Positions 19,579 through 28,834 of a DNA stretch of 64,000 nucleotides are shown one piece after another. The stretch is from an uncultured Actinomycetes bacterium. GTDB lineage: Bacteria > Actinomycetota > UBA4738 > HRBIN12. The stretch is taken from positions 1,856,001 through 1,920,000 of the forward strand of contig OY969934.1 in the NCBI GenBank assembly GCA_963704725.1. Direction: 5' to 3'. Position 1 is the stretch's first letter, and each line of letters begins with the position of its first letter. Below the pieces are notes generated by a model, which saw only the letters and a list, made by a program, of their open reading frames with translations, was not told the origin of the DNA and ran no database searches. A program made the translations under genes and the position numbers.

Positions 19579-20745
19579 ATCATCCGTAAGGCCCGCTCCG
19601 TCCTCCTGCTGGCGTTCCTGCTCGCGGCCTGCGAGACGGCGGCGCCCGCCGCGACCCGGCCGGTGCCCTCGGCCACCTCACCGAGCCCGTCATCCGCGAG
19701 CGGGTCCCCGTCCGCCAGCCCCTCGCCGCCCGCCGAGGTCTCGGTGGCGTTCCTGTTCGACTCGACGCCGGAGGGCGCGGTGGAACGGACGCTTCCCGCG
19801 CTGCGCGCGGCCCAGCTCGCGTTCGCCACCGCCCTCCTGTCGGGGGCGGAGCCGGTCGTCGTGGACCTGACGCCGCTCGACACGTCCGGGTCGGATCCGA
19901 CCGCGATCGCGGCCCAGGTCGCCGGCGACGCGAGCTACGTGGCCGCCCTCGCCGCGCCCGACCTGCCGGAGCAGGGGGCGATCGCCGAGGTCTTGGGGGA
20001 AGCGGACGTCCCGCTGCTCACCCTGTCGGCCCGGGACGCCGTCGCCGATCCGCCGCCGGGGACGTGGCTGCGGTTCGTCGCTCCGGTGCGGACCCAGGCG
20101 CAGGCGCTCGCCGTCACCGCCGTGTCACTGAAGGCCGCCGGCAAGGGCATGTGCGTGGTCTCGGGACCGCCGGACGGCTCGGACTACACGAGAGCCACGG
20201 TGCGCTCCCTCTCGCAACGGGTCGACGTGACGGAGGCCGGCGGGGCGAGCGCCGCGGCCGAGGCCGGGTGCCGGGTCGTCGTGTGGACGGGTGGGGCGGA
20301 GGGCGGCGCGGAGCTCGCGGCGGCCCTCGCGGGCTCCCACGGGGAGGTCCCAACTCTCGTGGGAGGACCGAGCCTTCTGGAGCGGGCGTTCCTCGACGGG
20401 GCCGGCGACGCCGCCGAGGGCACGATCGCGGTGTGCTCGTGTGCGGACGTCGGCACGTCGCTGGATCTCGCCGCGCAGCGGTTCGTCCAGGACTACCAGT
20501 CGCAGAACGGCTCCCCGCCCGGCCCGTACGCGGTCGAGGCGTGGGACGCCGCCCACGTCCTCATCCGTGGCCTCGTCGAGGGTGGGCGGACGCGGCTCGG
20601 CATCGTCCGATGGCTGGCCAGCGTTCGGACCGTCGACGGCTTGGGCGGCGTCTACACCTTCTCGGGCGGCGAGCTCGTCCACCCCGGCTCGGGGATCCGA
20701 CGGTATCGAGTCACGGGCGGTCGCTGGGTCCTCAGGGCTGAGTGA
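19579..20745 (+). CDS. Liv-type (periplasmic binding protein type 1) lipoprotein; start uncertain (ATC)
   Basis: Lipobox LLAAC, Pro/Ser tether, AGDAAEG and PGPYAVEAWDAA; AAGGAGG lies 8 nt before ATC 19579. Confidence 0.7.
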   Translation: MIRKARSVLLLAFLLAACETAAPAATRPVPSATSPSPSSASGSPSASPSPPAEVSVAFLFDSTPEGAVERTLPALRAAQLAFATALLSGAEPVVVDLTPLDTSGSDPTAIAAQVAGDASYVAALAAPDLPEQGAIAEVLGEADVPLLTLSARDAVADPPPGTWLRFVAPVRTQAQALAVTAVSLKAAGKGMCVVSGPPDGSDYTRATVRSLSQRVDVTEAGGASAAAEAGCRVVVWTGGAEGGAELAAALAGSHGEVPTLVGGPSLLERAFLDGAGDAAEGTIAVCSCADVGTSLDLAAQRFVQDYQSQNGSPPGPYAVEAWDAAHVLIRGLVEGGRTRLGIVRWLASVRTVDGLGGVYTFSGGELVHPGSGIRRYRVTGGRWVLRAE

Positions 20746-20860
20746 GCGCGCTCCGCGTTCCTCTTCGCCTCCTGGCTTGAGCGCGACGCCGGGTTGGGTC
20801 AGGATACCGCCCATGTACTTCGGGGATGCCCCCGGAGGCATCCTGAAGGAGGGGGACGGT

Positions 20861-21778
20861 TTGAACAGAGTGAGGGTTCTGGTGGCGGGGGTGGCGGCGA
20901 TGCTCGTGCTCGCCTTCGCTGCATGCGCGAGCAACGAGGGCGACACCGGTGCCAGCGGGGCCACGACGACCGGGACGACCGGGACGACCGGCACTACCTC
21001 GGGCACGGGGAGCACCGGTACCACGGGGACATCGGGCGCCACGGGTATCCCCGCGTTCACGACGCTGCAGGACGGCGTCCTGCAGGTCGGCTCCTGCCTG
21101 GACTACCCGCCCTTCGAGACCGTGAAGAGCGGACAGGAGCAGGGCTTCGACGTCGACATGGTGGACGAGATCGCGTCCCGCCTCGGACTCACGGTCGAGT
21201 GGGTGCGCGCCGACTTCGACACCATCTTCACGTCGGTCGCCGGGGGCCAGTTCGACATGGTGGCCGCCGCCTCCACGATCACGCCCGAGCGCGAGCAGAC
21301 TGTCGACTTCTCCGATCCGTACTTCAACTCGCGCCAGGCTCTCGTGGTGAACACGAACGAGACCCCCGATCTCACGTCGACCGACCAGCTCCAGTCCGGA
21401 GACGTCGTGGGGGTCCAGAAGGGGACGACCGGGGCGGCCTGGTCGAAGGAGAACCTCGAGCCGAACGGCATCCAGATCCAGACCTTCACGTCGGCCACCG
21501 ACGCGCTCCGGGCCCTCGAGGGTGGGGCGATGATCGGCGTCATCGCCGACGAGCCGTTCGTGGGCGACGCGATCGGCAACCTCCCGAGCCTCGAGGTCGT
21601 CCAAGGGATCGACACGAACGAGAAGTACGGGTTCGCGTTCTCGCCGGACAACACCGAGCTGCGCGATGCGGCGAATATCATGCTGGCGCAGATCATCGCC
21701 GACGGGACGTACGCGGAGATCTTCCAGAGATGGTTCCCAGGAGTGGAGGTGCCGCCCGAGTTCCAACCATCGGCGTAG
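20861..21778 (+). CDS. Polar amino acid ABC transporter substrate-binding lipoprotein
   Basis: Lipobox FAAC, DYPPFE, GFDVD, ITPER, VDFSDPY and GVQKGTT; TTG start after GAAGGAGG. Confidence 0.9.
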   Translation: MNRVRVLVAGVAAMLVLAFAACASNEGDTGASGATTTGTTGTTGTTSGTGSTGTTGTSGATGIPAFTTLQDGVLQVGSCLDYPPFETVKSGQEQGFDVDMVDEIASRLGLTVEWVRADFDTIFTSVAGGQFDMVAAASTITPEREQTVDFSDPYFNSRQALVVNTNETPDLTSTDQLQSGDVVGVQKGTTGAAWSKENLEPNGIQIQTFTSATDALRALEGGAMIGVIADEPFVGDAIGNLPSLEVVQGIDTNEKYGFAFSPDNTELRDAANIMLAQIIADGTYAEIFQRWFPGVEVPPEFQPSA

Positions 21779-21797
21779 GAAACGTGACGTTTCGACA

Positions 21798-21830
21798 GAA
21801 GGGGTCCGCGCCCGGTGCGCGGGCCCCTTC
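21798..21830 (+). terminator. Stem-loop after the binding-protein gene
   Basis: GAAGGGGTCCGCGC...GCGCGGGCCCCTTC inverted repeat. Confidence 0.55.
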
Positions 21831-21848
21831 CGCATGAAGGGGGGTCGG

Positions 21849-23000
21849 ATGGCTGTCGTGGAGGCCGAGGCGGGGCTCCTTCGGGAGGCCCCACCCGATA
21901 CGCGGGGGCGGAGCTCGCCGATCTCCGCCACGTCCCTGTGGCTCGGCATCCTTGCGATCGGCGCCGTGCTCGGCGGCCTGGTCTTCGTCCAGGTGAACTT
22001 CGCCCTCTCCGCGCGGCAGCTCACACGGGAGTGCGTCGACCTCGGCCTGACCTCCGACATCACCGGTGCCGTCGGCGTCTGCAACATCGTCGAGGGCCTC
22101 AGGTCGTCGGAGCAGACGGCCCTCCTCTACGGGGGGATCGTCCTGGGGATCGCCGGGATGGCCGTCGGATGGGGGACGTACAAGCGGATGGATACCCGGC
22201 GGCGGCGCGAGCAGGCCGTGACGGGCGCGATCCTCGGCCTGCAGGCAGTCGTCATCGCCATCGTCCTCCTGTTGTTCCGCGCCGGGCGGCCGGACCTGTT
22301 CGCGAAACACTTCCTGAACTTCGACGTGCTCGGGTCCTACTTCCCCAGGTCCTTCTTCGCGGCGATGAAGAACACGATCTTCCTGGCCTTCGTCGGGGAG
22401 TTCGGGGGCATCGTGATCGGCCTCGCCCTCGCCGTCCTGGCGATCTCGCAGCGCAAGGCTGCCCGCGCCCCGGCGCGCGCATACATCAACTTCTTCCGGG
22501 GGACGCCGCTCATCTGGCAGCTCGCCACCACCTACTTCCTCCTGCTGTTCATGGGCCTCAAGACCTCGGCGTTCACGGTGGCGATGATGGTCTTCGCGCT
22601 CAACACCGGGGCCTACGCGGCCGAGGTCTTCCGGGCCGGCATCCAGTCGATCGAGCGCGGGCAGATCGAGGCGGCGCGGTCGCTCGGGATGTCGTGGTTC
22701 CAGGCGATGCGCTTCGCGATCGTGCCGCAGGCGATCCGTCGCGTGATCCCGCCGCTCATGAACGAGTTCGTGATCCTGATCAAGGACACCGCCCTGGTGA
22801 TCGTCCTCGGGCTGTTGGAGTCCCAGTACGAGCTGTTCACCTGGGCCCGTCAGGGCGTCTCCGACACCTTCAACGCGACGTTCTTCACCGCGACGGCCCT
22901 CGGCTACCTCGCGGTGACCTTGCCGCTGATCCGCCTGGTGAACTCGGTCGAGAAGCGCCTGCGGAGCGGCCTCGTGAGCATCGCCGGAGCGGCTCAATGA
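21849..23000 (+). CDS. Polar amino acid ABC permease (His/Glu/Gln/Arg/opine family)
   Basis: [32 protein letters not shown] and PQAIRR. Confidence 0.9.
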   Translation: MAVVEAEAGLLREAPPDTRGRSSPISATSLWLGILAIGAVLGGLVFVQVNFALSARQLTRECVDLGLTSDITGAVGVCNIVEGLRSSEQTALLYGGIVLGIAGMAVGWGTYKRMDTRRRREQAVTGAILGLQAVVIAIVLLLFRAGRPDLFAKHFLNFDVLGSYFPRSFFAAMKNTIFLAFVGEFGGIVIGLALAVLAISQRKAARAPARAYINFFRGTPLIWQLATTYFLLLFMGLKTSAFTVAMMVFALNTGAYAAEVFRAGIQSIERGQIEAARSLGMSWFQAMRFAIVPQAIRRVIPPLMNEFVILIKDTALVIVLGLLESQYELFTWARQGVSDTFNATFFTATALGYLAVTLPLIRLVNSVEKRLRSGLVSIAGAAQ

Positions 23001-23758
23001 GCGCGGCATCGGTGGCACCGAGCAAGGTCGAGCCCCTGATCCGGATGGAGGGCATCCACAAGTGGTTCGAGGACAACCACGTGCTCCGTGGCGTTGACCT
23101 CGCGCTCGAGCCCGGCGAGGTTCAGGTCATCATCGGCCCCTCCGGCGGGGGGAAGTCGACTCTGTTGCGGTGCACGAACCTTCTCGAGCGGCCCACGCTG
23201 GGCAGCGTGTGGTTCGAGGGCACAGACATCACCGACATCCGCGTGAACCTGAACGACGTCCGGACCCGGATGGGGATCGTCTTCCAGCAGTTCAACCTGT
23301 TCCCCCACATGACCGTGATGCGGAACATCACGATCGCGTTGCAGAAGGTCATGAGGATCGACGAGAAGGAAGCCCGGGAGCGGGCGGTCGAGCAGCTCCA
23401 GCGGGTCGGGCTCGAGCAGAAGGCCGACGCCTTTCCGGGCCAGCTCTCGGGCGGGCAGCAGCAGCGGGTCGCGATCGCCCGGGCGTTGGCCATGAAGCCC
23501 CGTCTCATGCTGTTCGACGAGGTCACCTCGGCCCTGGACCCCGAGCTCGTGGGGGAGGTCCTGGCCGTCATGCGCCAGCTCGCCGACGAGGGCATGACGA
23601 TGATGGTCGTCACGCACGAGATGGGGTTCGCGCGGGAGGTCGGGACCTGGATGGTCTTCGTCGACGGCGGCGTGATCGCCGAGAAGGGGCGCCCGAAGGA
23701 GATGTTCGCCAACCCTGAGACCGAGCGGCTCCGGCAGTTCTTCAGCAAGGTCCTGTGA
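22997..23758 (+). CDS. Polar amino acid ABC ATPase (GlnQ-like)
   Basis: [35 protein letters not shown] and VTHEMGFA. Confidence 0.92.
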   Translation: MSAASVAPSKVEPLIRMEGIHKWFEDNHVLRGVDLALEPGEVQVIIGPSGGGKSTLLRCTNLLERPTLGSVWFEGTDITDIRVNLNDVRTRMGIVFQQFNLFPHMTVMRNITIALQKVMRIDEKEARERAVEQLQRVGLEQKADAFPGQLSGGQQQRVAIARALAMKPRLMLFDEVTSALDPELVGEVLAVMRQLADEGMTMMVVTHEMGFAREVGTWMVFVDGGVIAEKGRPKEMFANPETERLRQFFSKVL

Positions 23759-23762
23759 CCCT

Positions 23763-24134
23763 GTGCCCGTGACCCGACGCTGGCTGCCGATCGCTGCCGT
23801 GCTCGTCGCGGTGGCCTCGCTCCTGGTCTCGCTCGTGCTGGCCGGCGAGGAGCCCGCTCCGTACGTGATCACGGCGATCAACTACCACTTCCACGACGCG
23901 CACCCGACCTTCCCCATCGCCCCGGGGCGCGACCTGGTGGTCAAGAACGCCAGCCAGAACCTCCACAACGTGACGATCCCGGCGCTGAACTACTCGGAGG
24001 ACGTCAAGCCGGGCGAGCAGCTCGTGATCCAGGACATCGCGTCGCAGTTCGGGGCACCGGGCAGATACACGTTCGTCTGCCTGTATCACCAGGATCGCGG
24101 CATGAGCGGCACGCTCATCATCGCGGGAGGGTGA
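23763..24134 (+). CDS. Exported cupredoxin-domain protein
   Basis: Signal/TM segment, HNV and PGRYTFVCLYHQDRGMSG (type-1 Cu ligands H, C, H, M). Confidence 0.8.
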   Translation: MPVTRRWLPIAAVLVAVASLLVSLVLAGEEPAPYVITAINYHFHDAHPTFPIAPGRDLVVKNASQNLHNVTIPALNYSEDVKPGEQLVIQDIASQFGAPGRYTFVCLYHQDRGMSGTLIIAGG

Positions 24135-24158
24135 GGCGAGGGGCCTCGGGAAGAGATC

Positions 24159-24384
24159 GACGGGCCGAGGAGCCTTTGGAGCCGCTCACGCCTTCCCCAT
24201 ACGCGAGCGTTGTCTACTCGGTTCCTCGGCCCGTCAAAAGGTGGCCCCAAGCGACCTCTGAGCCCGGTCGGCCGGCGTATCCTCCGCCTCGGTGGTCCAT
24301 CCCTTGGGGCTTGCGCCCCTCGGTGTGGCCCTCCTTCTCGGAGGCACTACCCGCCTCCCGGTCCCGTGTCGGCCGCTTGGGACC
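24159..24384 (-). ncRNA. Candidate rod-like structured ncRNA (6S/Ms1-like architecture) with a 3' hairpin
   Basis: 14-bp closing stem (24371-24384 with 24243-24256), nested stems symmetric about a GGGGC-GCAA-GCCCC apex, 13-bp hairpin at 24159-24235, and an upstream TTGACA-N17-TACTGT promoter. Confidence 0.6.
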
Positions 24385-24391
24385 GGAGCGA

Positions 24392-24420
24392 ACAGTAGCG
24401 ACGTGCCCTGAGCGTGTCAA
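24392..24420 (-). promoter_or_regulatory. Sigma-A promoter TTGACA-N17-TACTGT driving the candidate ncRNA
   Basis: Perfect -35 (24420-24415), TAnnnT -10 (24397-24392), 17-nt spacer; the closing stem begins 8 nt downstream. Confidence 0.7.
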
Positions 24421-24576
24421 CGCGTTGAAACGCCTGCACCGCAGGCATGACGGATCGATCCCGCAGGTAGCCCCTTGCGTCGCTGCGATGAAGAAAGAGT
24501 GACAAACGGAACGCGTTCCCGATGCGGCGACTGGACCGCCGATCATTCGGGTCGGAACCGTCCCGGGCGTCGGGAG

Positions 24577-24598
24577 CGTCGGCGGATCGCGCTAGGAT
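24577..24598 (+). promoter_or_regulatory. PafBC-like promoter CGTCGG-N10-TAGGAT upstream of polA
   Basis: One mismatch to TGTCGG, exact 10-nt spacer; GTG follows 8 nt later. Confidence 0.5.
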
Positions 24599-24606
24599 CA
24601 GCCGAC

Positions 24607-27249
24607 GTGACCCCTCGCACGATGGACCCGCCGAAACGACTGTTCCTCCTCGACGGTCACAGCCTCAGCTATCGCGCGTTCTTCGCGCTGCCGACGAGCC
24701 TCGCGACGACGACCGGGCAGGTGACGAACGCCGTCTACGGGTTCACGTCGATGCTGATCAAGCTCCTCGCGGAGGAGCGGCCCGATCTCATCGCCGTCGC
24801 GTTCGACGTGGGCAAGCCGACCGCGCGGCTGGAACGGTACGCCGAGTACAAGGCCGGCCGCCCCGAGACGCCGGACGAGTTCCGGCAGCAGCTGGGCCTG
24901 ATCGTGGAGGTGCTCGAGACCCTGCGGATCCCGGTGATCGGGATCGAGGGACACGAGGCGGACGACGCGATCGGGACGCTCGCGGTCCAGGCCCACGGAC
25001 AGGGCATCGACGTCGTCATCGTGACGGCCGACCGAGACTTCTTCCAGCTCGTCCGGCCCGGCATCACGGTGATGTTCAACGTCAAGGGTATCTCCGACAT
25101 CCGGCGGTACGACGTGCAGGCGGTGACGGAGCGATTCGGGCTCCCGCCGGAGAAGTACCTCGAATACGTCGCGCTCAAGGGCGACGCGTCGGACAACATC
25201 CCCGGCGTCCCCGGCGTCGGGGAGAAGACCGCGTCCAAGCTCGTCCAGGACTTCGGGTCGGTCGAAGAGCTCCTGCGCCGCACCGACGAGCTCAAGGGCA
25301 AGCTGAAGGACTCCATCGAGGCGGCGGGGGAGCAGCTCGCGCTCAACAAGGAGCTCGCCCAGCTCAAGCTCGACGTCGAGCTCCCGGTGCGCCCCGAGGA
25401 CTGCGTGATGGGGGAGTGGGACGTCGAGGCCGTCCGGCGCCTGTTCACGTCGCTCGAGTTCCGCACCCTGTTCGAGCGGCTGGAGGAGGTCGGTCGGAGC
25501 GCCAAGCCGGCCGTCGAGGTGGCCGAGCTCGACCTGCGGGAGGCGGCCGTCCCGGAGGTCGCGGCGCTGCTCGAGGCCGACACGCCGAAGGCGCTCCGCA
25601 TCGACGCCGACGGCGGGCGGATCGTGGGCCTGGCGGTCTCGGTCGGCGGCGGGCAGGCGGCGTACGCGCCCGTCAAGAAGGCGTCGGACGTCGCGAAGAC
25701 TCTGGCCGGCCCGGCGCCGAAGTGGACCCACGACGCCAAGGACACCGAGACGGCCGCGCTCGCGGCGGGGGGGAGTCTCGGCGGGGTTGCCTTCGACACG
25801 ATGCTGGCCGGGTACCTGCTCGACCCGGCGGCCCCGAGCTTCGCCCTCGGGGTCCTGTGCGAGACCTACCTCGGGACCGACGTCCTCGGCTCGACGGTCG
25901 AGGAGACCGAGGGCCAGCTCTTCGGCGAGGCGTGGCGTCCCTGGGCGGCGGAGGCGGCCGCCGTGGCCCTGCTGGCTCCGGTGATCGCCGAGCGGGTGGA
26001 GAAGGCGGGGCTGCGCCATCTTCTCGACGACGTCGAGCTGCCGCTGTCCTCGGTCCTGGCGCGCATGCAGGCCGCGGGGGTCGCCCTCGACGTCGAGTAC
26101 CTCGACGAGATGGCCGAGGGCGTCCGGGACAAGATGGCGACGCTCCGCGAGGAGATCTACCGCCACGCCGGCGAGGAGTTCAACCTCAACTCCCCGCCGC
26201 AGCTCCGGACGATCCTGTACGAGAAGCTCCGGCTCTCGCCGGGCAAGAAGACCTCGAAGGGCCAGCTCTCCACGGACGCCTCGGTGCTCGAGAAGCTCCG
26301 CGACGCCCATCCCATCGTCGACGCCCTGCTGTCGTGGCGCGAGCTCGACAAGCTGAACTCCACCTACCTGGAGGCCCTGCCGCGTCAGGTCGATCCGCGC
26401 GACGGGCGGGTGCACACGACGTTCAACCAGACCGGCGCCGCCACGGGACGGCTGTCGAGCTCCAACCCCAACCTCCAGAACATCCCCGTTCGCGGGGAGC
26501 TCGGCCGCCAGATCCGCCGCGCGTTCGTGCCGGGGGCGAAGGACCAGGTGCTCCTCGTCGCCGACTACTCGCAGATCGAGCTCCGGATCCTGGCGCACCT
26601 CGCAGGGGACGAGGGATTGAAGGCGGCGTTCGAGTCGGGGGTGGACATCCACACGGCGACCTCGGCGAGGGTGTTCGGGCTGCCGGAGGACCAGGTCGAC
26701 CCGGCCACGCGCTCCCGGGCCAAGGCGATCAACTACGGGCTGGCCTACGGGATGAACGCGTGGGGCCTCGCCTCGCGCCTGGAGATCACGCCGGACGAGG
26801 CGCAGGAGTTCATCGACGCGTACTTCGCGAGCTTCCCGCAGATCCGCGACTTCCTCGACCGACAGGTGGCCCGGGCCGCCGCCGAGGGTTTCACCGAGAC
26901 CCTCCTCGGCCGCCGTCGCTACATCCCCGAGCTCCAGGCGGCCAATCCAAGGGTTCGCGACATGGGCCGGCGGATGGCGCTCAACGCGCCGATCCAGGGG
27001 AGCGCGGCCGACGTGTTCAAGCTCGGCATGCTCCGGGTGGACGAGGCGCTCCGAGGGTCCACGCTCGGGTGCCGGATGCTGCTCACGGTGCACGACGAGC
27101 TCGTCTTCGAGGTGGACGGGAGGGATCTGGCGGAGGCCTCCGCCCTGGTGAAGCGCGAGATGGAGTCGGCGTACGACCTCGACGTACCCCTCCGCGCGGA
27201 CCTCGGATCCGGCCCCAACTGGGCCGAGGCCGTCCCGGCGGGCCACTAG
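24607..27249 (+). CDS. polA: DNA polymerase I
   Basis: LLDGHSLSYRAF, GDASDNIPGVPGVGEKTA, TGRLSSSNPNLQNIP, ADYSQIELR and VHDELVFE; start GTG 24607 or ATG 24622. Confidence 0.97.
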   Translation: MTPRTMDPPKRLFLLDGHSLSYRAFFALPTSLATTTGQVTNAVYGFTSMLIKLLAEERPDLIAVAFDVGKPTARLERYAEYKAGRPETPDEFRQQLGLIVEVLETLRIPVIGIEGHEADDAIGTLAVQAHGQGIDVVIVTADRDFFQLVRPGITVMFNVKGISDIRRYDVQAVTERFGLPPEKYLEYVALKGDASDNIPGVPGVGEKTASKLVQDFGSVEELLRRTDELKGKLKDSIEAAGEQLALNKELAQLKLDVELPVRPEDCVMGEWDVEAVRRLFTSLEFRTLFERLEEVGRSAKPAVEVAELDLREAAVPEVAALLEADTPKALRIDADGGRIVGLAVSVGGGQAAYAPVKKASDVAKTLAGPAPKWTHDAKDTETAALAAGGSLGGVAFDTMLAGYLLDPAAPSFALGVLCETYLGTDVLGSTVEETEGQLFGEAWRPWAAEAAAVALLAPVIAERVEKAGLRHLLDDVELPLSSVLARMQAAGVALDVEYLDEMAEGVRDKMATLREEIYRHAGEEFNLNSPPQLRTILYEKLRLSPGKKTSKGQLSTDASVLEKLRDAHPIVDALLSWRELDKLNSTYLEALPRQVDPRDGRVHTTFNQTGAATGRLSSSNPNLQNIPVRGELGRQIRRAFVPGAKDQVLLVADYSQIELRILAHLAGDEGLKAAFESGVDIHTATSARVFGLPEDQVDPATRSRAKAINYGLAYGMNAWGLASRLEITPDEAQEFIDAYFASFPQIRDFLDRQVARAAAEGFTETLLGRRRYIPELQAANPRVRDMGRRMALNAPIQGSAADVFKLGMLRVDEALRGSTLGCRMLLTVHDELVFEVDGRDLAEASALVKREMESAYDLDVPLRADLGSGPNWAEAVPAGH

Positions 27250-27465
27250 GACTCGATCTCCGACCCAGGCGGAGAGAGGATCGGACCATAGGGATGGCAC
27301 GGCCTGAAGGGCTCCGTCAAGGCGTTACTCGGCCGCCGCCTCCTGACCGGGGGTGTGGCGACGGACTCCTGGTGGTCCGGTCTGTCGCCGCTTGCATGAC
27401 TGAGCTGGCCGATGCCGGGTCGCCGGCGCCCTGATCGTCGTCGTCGCCGGGCGTGCCGGATTCGC

Positions 27466-27487
27466 TGTCAGACCCATGCGCTACGCT
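27466..27487 (+). promoter_or_regulatory. PafBC/RecA-NDp-type promoter TGTCAG-N10-TACGCT
   Basis: TGTCAG ACCCATGCGC TACGCT upstream of the DUF222-HNH gene. Confidence 0.7.
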
Positions 27488-27488
27488 A

Positions 27489-27504
27489 TCGAACGTACGT
27501 TCGG
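27489..27504 (+). promoter_or_regulatory. LexA (SOS) box TCGAAC-GTAC-GTTCGG
   Basis: Matches the actinobacterial CGAAC-N4-GTTCG consensus and overlaps the predicted transcription start. Confidence 0.8.
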
Positions 27505-27535
27505 GAAGGGGAAACAGGGGGAAGGGGGAAACCAA

Positions 27536-28725
27536 CTGAGCGAGCTTCGCTCCGCGATCGGCGTGTGGCAGTCGGAGATCTTGGCCGAGCTGCCCGATGC
27601 CGTGATCGAGGAGGACTTCGCGGATCTGCACCGTGTGAGCGAGCTCGTGGAGTCCGAGCGGCTTCGTCGTCTGGCGGAGCTCGAACGCCGAGGTGTCCAC
27701 GAGCGAGACGGCCACGTCTCGGTCGTGAGCTGGCTCGCCTCGCGCTTCAAGGTCGCCTGGGGAGCGGCACGAGACAGCGTTCGGGTGGCTCGCTCGCTCG
27801 AGCACATGCCTGTCGTCCGTCGTGCTCTCGAAGACGGTGAGCTCTCGCTCTCGGCCGTGCGCGCCCTTGCCCAGGCTCGGGAGGTCGAGCCCGAGGCCTT
27901 CGCTCGGTCGGAGTCCACGCTCGTCGAAGCCGCCGGGGTGCACTCGGTTGGGGATCTGCACCGCGTGCTCGCCACTGGCGGGTGCTTGCCGAGTCCCAGC
28001 GTCGGGGCGACCCCGAGGCGCGGGCCCACGTCCGACGGCGCCTGCACGCCTTGCGGACCTTCCTCGGCATGGTCAGAGGCGACTTCGAGCTCGAATCGGA
28101 CGGTGGGGAGACGGTGCTCACGGCCGTTTCGGCCGTGGTCGATGCTGATGCCCGTTCAGGGACAAACGACGACCGCACGTCGGCCCAGCGCCGTGCCGAC
28201 GCGCTGGTAGAGATCTGCCGGCAGTTCCTCGACCGCTCCGACCGGCCGAGTGTGGGTGGTGAGCGTCCCCACGTGACGGCGACCGTGCCGGTGGAAGTGC
28301 TCGCGGCAGGCTCGGCGGGGCCGGCGGAGCTGGATCAGCTCGGACCGGTGTCCGCCGAGATCGCCCGGCGACTCGCCTGTGACGGCTCGCTGAGGCGGAT
28401 CGTGCTGTCCGCGCGCTCGGAGCCGCTCGATGTGGGAAGGCGTACCCCGACGGTGCCGCCTGCGCTTCGGCGGGCGGTGATCGCCCGGGTTCGTCACTGC
28501 CGGTTCGGGGACTGCGACCGACCTTCCTCGTGGTGCGACGTCCACCATGTGGTGCCGTGGTCCGAGGGCGGGCCGACCTCCCTTGCCAACCTTGTCCTGC
28601 TCTGCCGGCGGCACCACCGGGCGGTGCACCCGCCCGGACGGTTCCGACTGGTGACGGTGGCCGGACGGCCGACGGTGTTCCGGCCGGATGGGACGGTGCT
28701 GGAGCAATCGGGCAGGCCGCCCTAG
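27536..28725 (+). pseudogene. DUF222/13E12-repeat-family HNH endonuclease, frameshifted
   Basis: N-half (RDGHVSVVSWLA, DGELSLS) and C-half (QRRADALVEIC, RRLACDG, PLDVGR, CDVHHVVPWSEGGPTSLANLVLLCRRHH) lie in different frames; adding one C at 27972-27973 joins them. Probable start is CTG 27536 after a purine-rich SD. Confidence 0.8.
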
Positions 28726-28729
28726 CCAT

Positions 28730-28759
28730 TTGACGGTGTTTCCGCAGGTCAACTACCAT
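28730..28759 (+). promoter_or_regulatory. Putative rpsA promoter TTGACG-N18-TACCAT
   Basis: Hexamers at 28730-28735 and 28754-28759. Confidence 0.5.
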
Positions 28760-28834
28760 CCCTGAGCCGCGGGGGCAGTTTCGCGCCCGGCGAAATCCCA
28801 AGACGCCGGGAGCGCGCCTGCGCGGTGGAAGGAG

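Noticed and set aside
24214-24300. 28-codon minus-strand ORF (MDHRGGGY...) inside the candidate ncRNA as a type I toxin
   Set aside because: It is not hydrophobic, and the nearest strong SD-like sequence is about 30 nt upstream; the structured RNA explanation fits better.
24131-24546. Track ORFs 24131-24502 (+) and 24214-24546 (-)
   Set aside because: No motifs, atypical composition, and they overlap the promoter and structured region.
27357-27389. 10-bp hairpin between polA and the HNH gene
   Set aside because: Single GC-rich stem with no U tract or promoter; could be chance or an unprovable element end.
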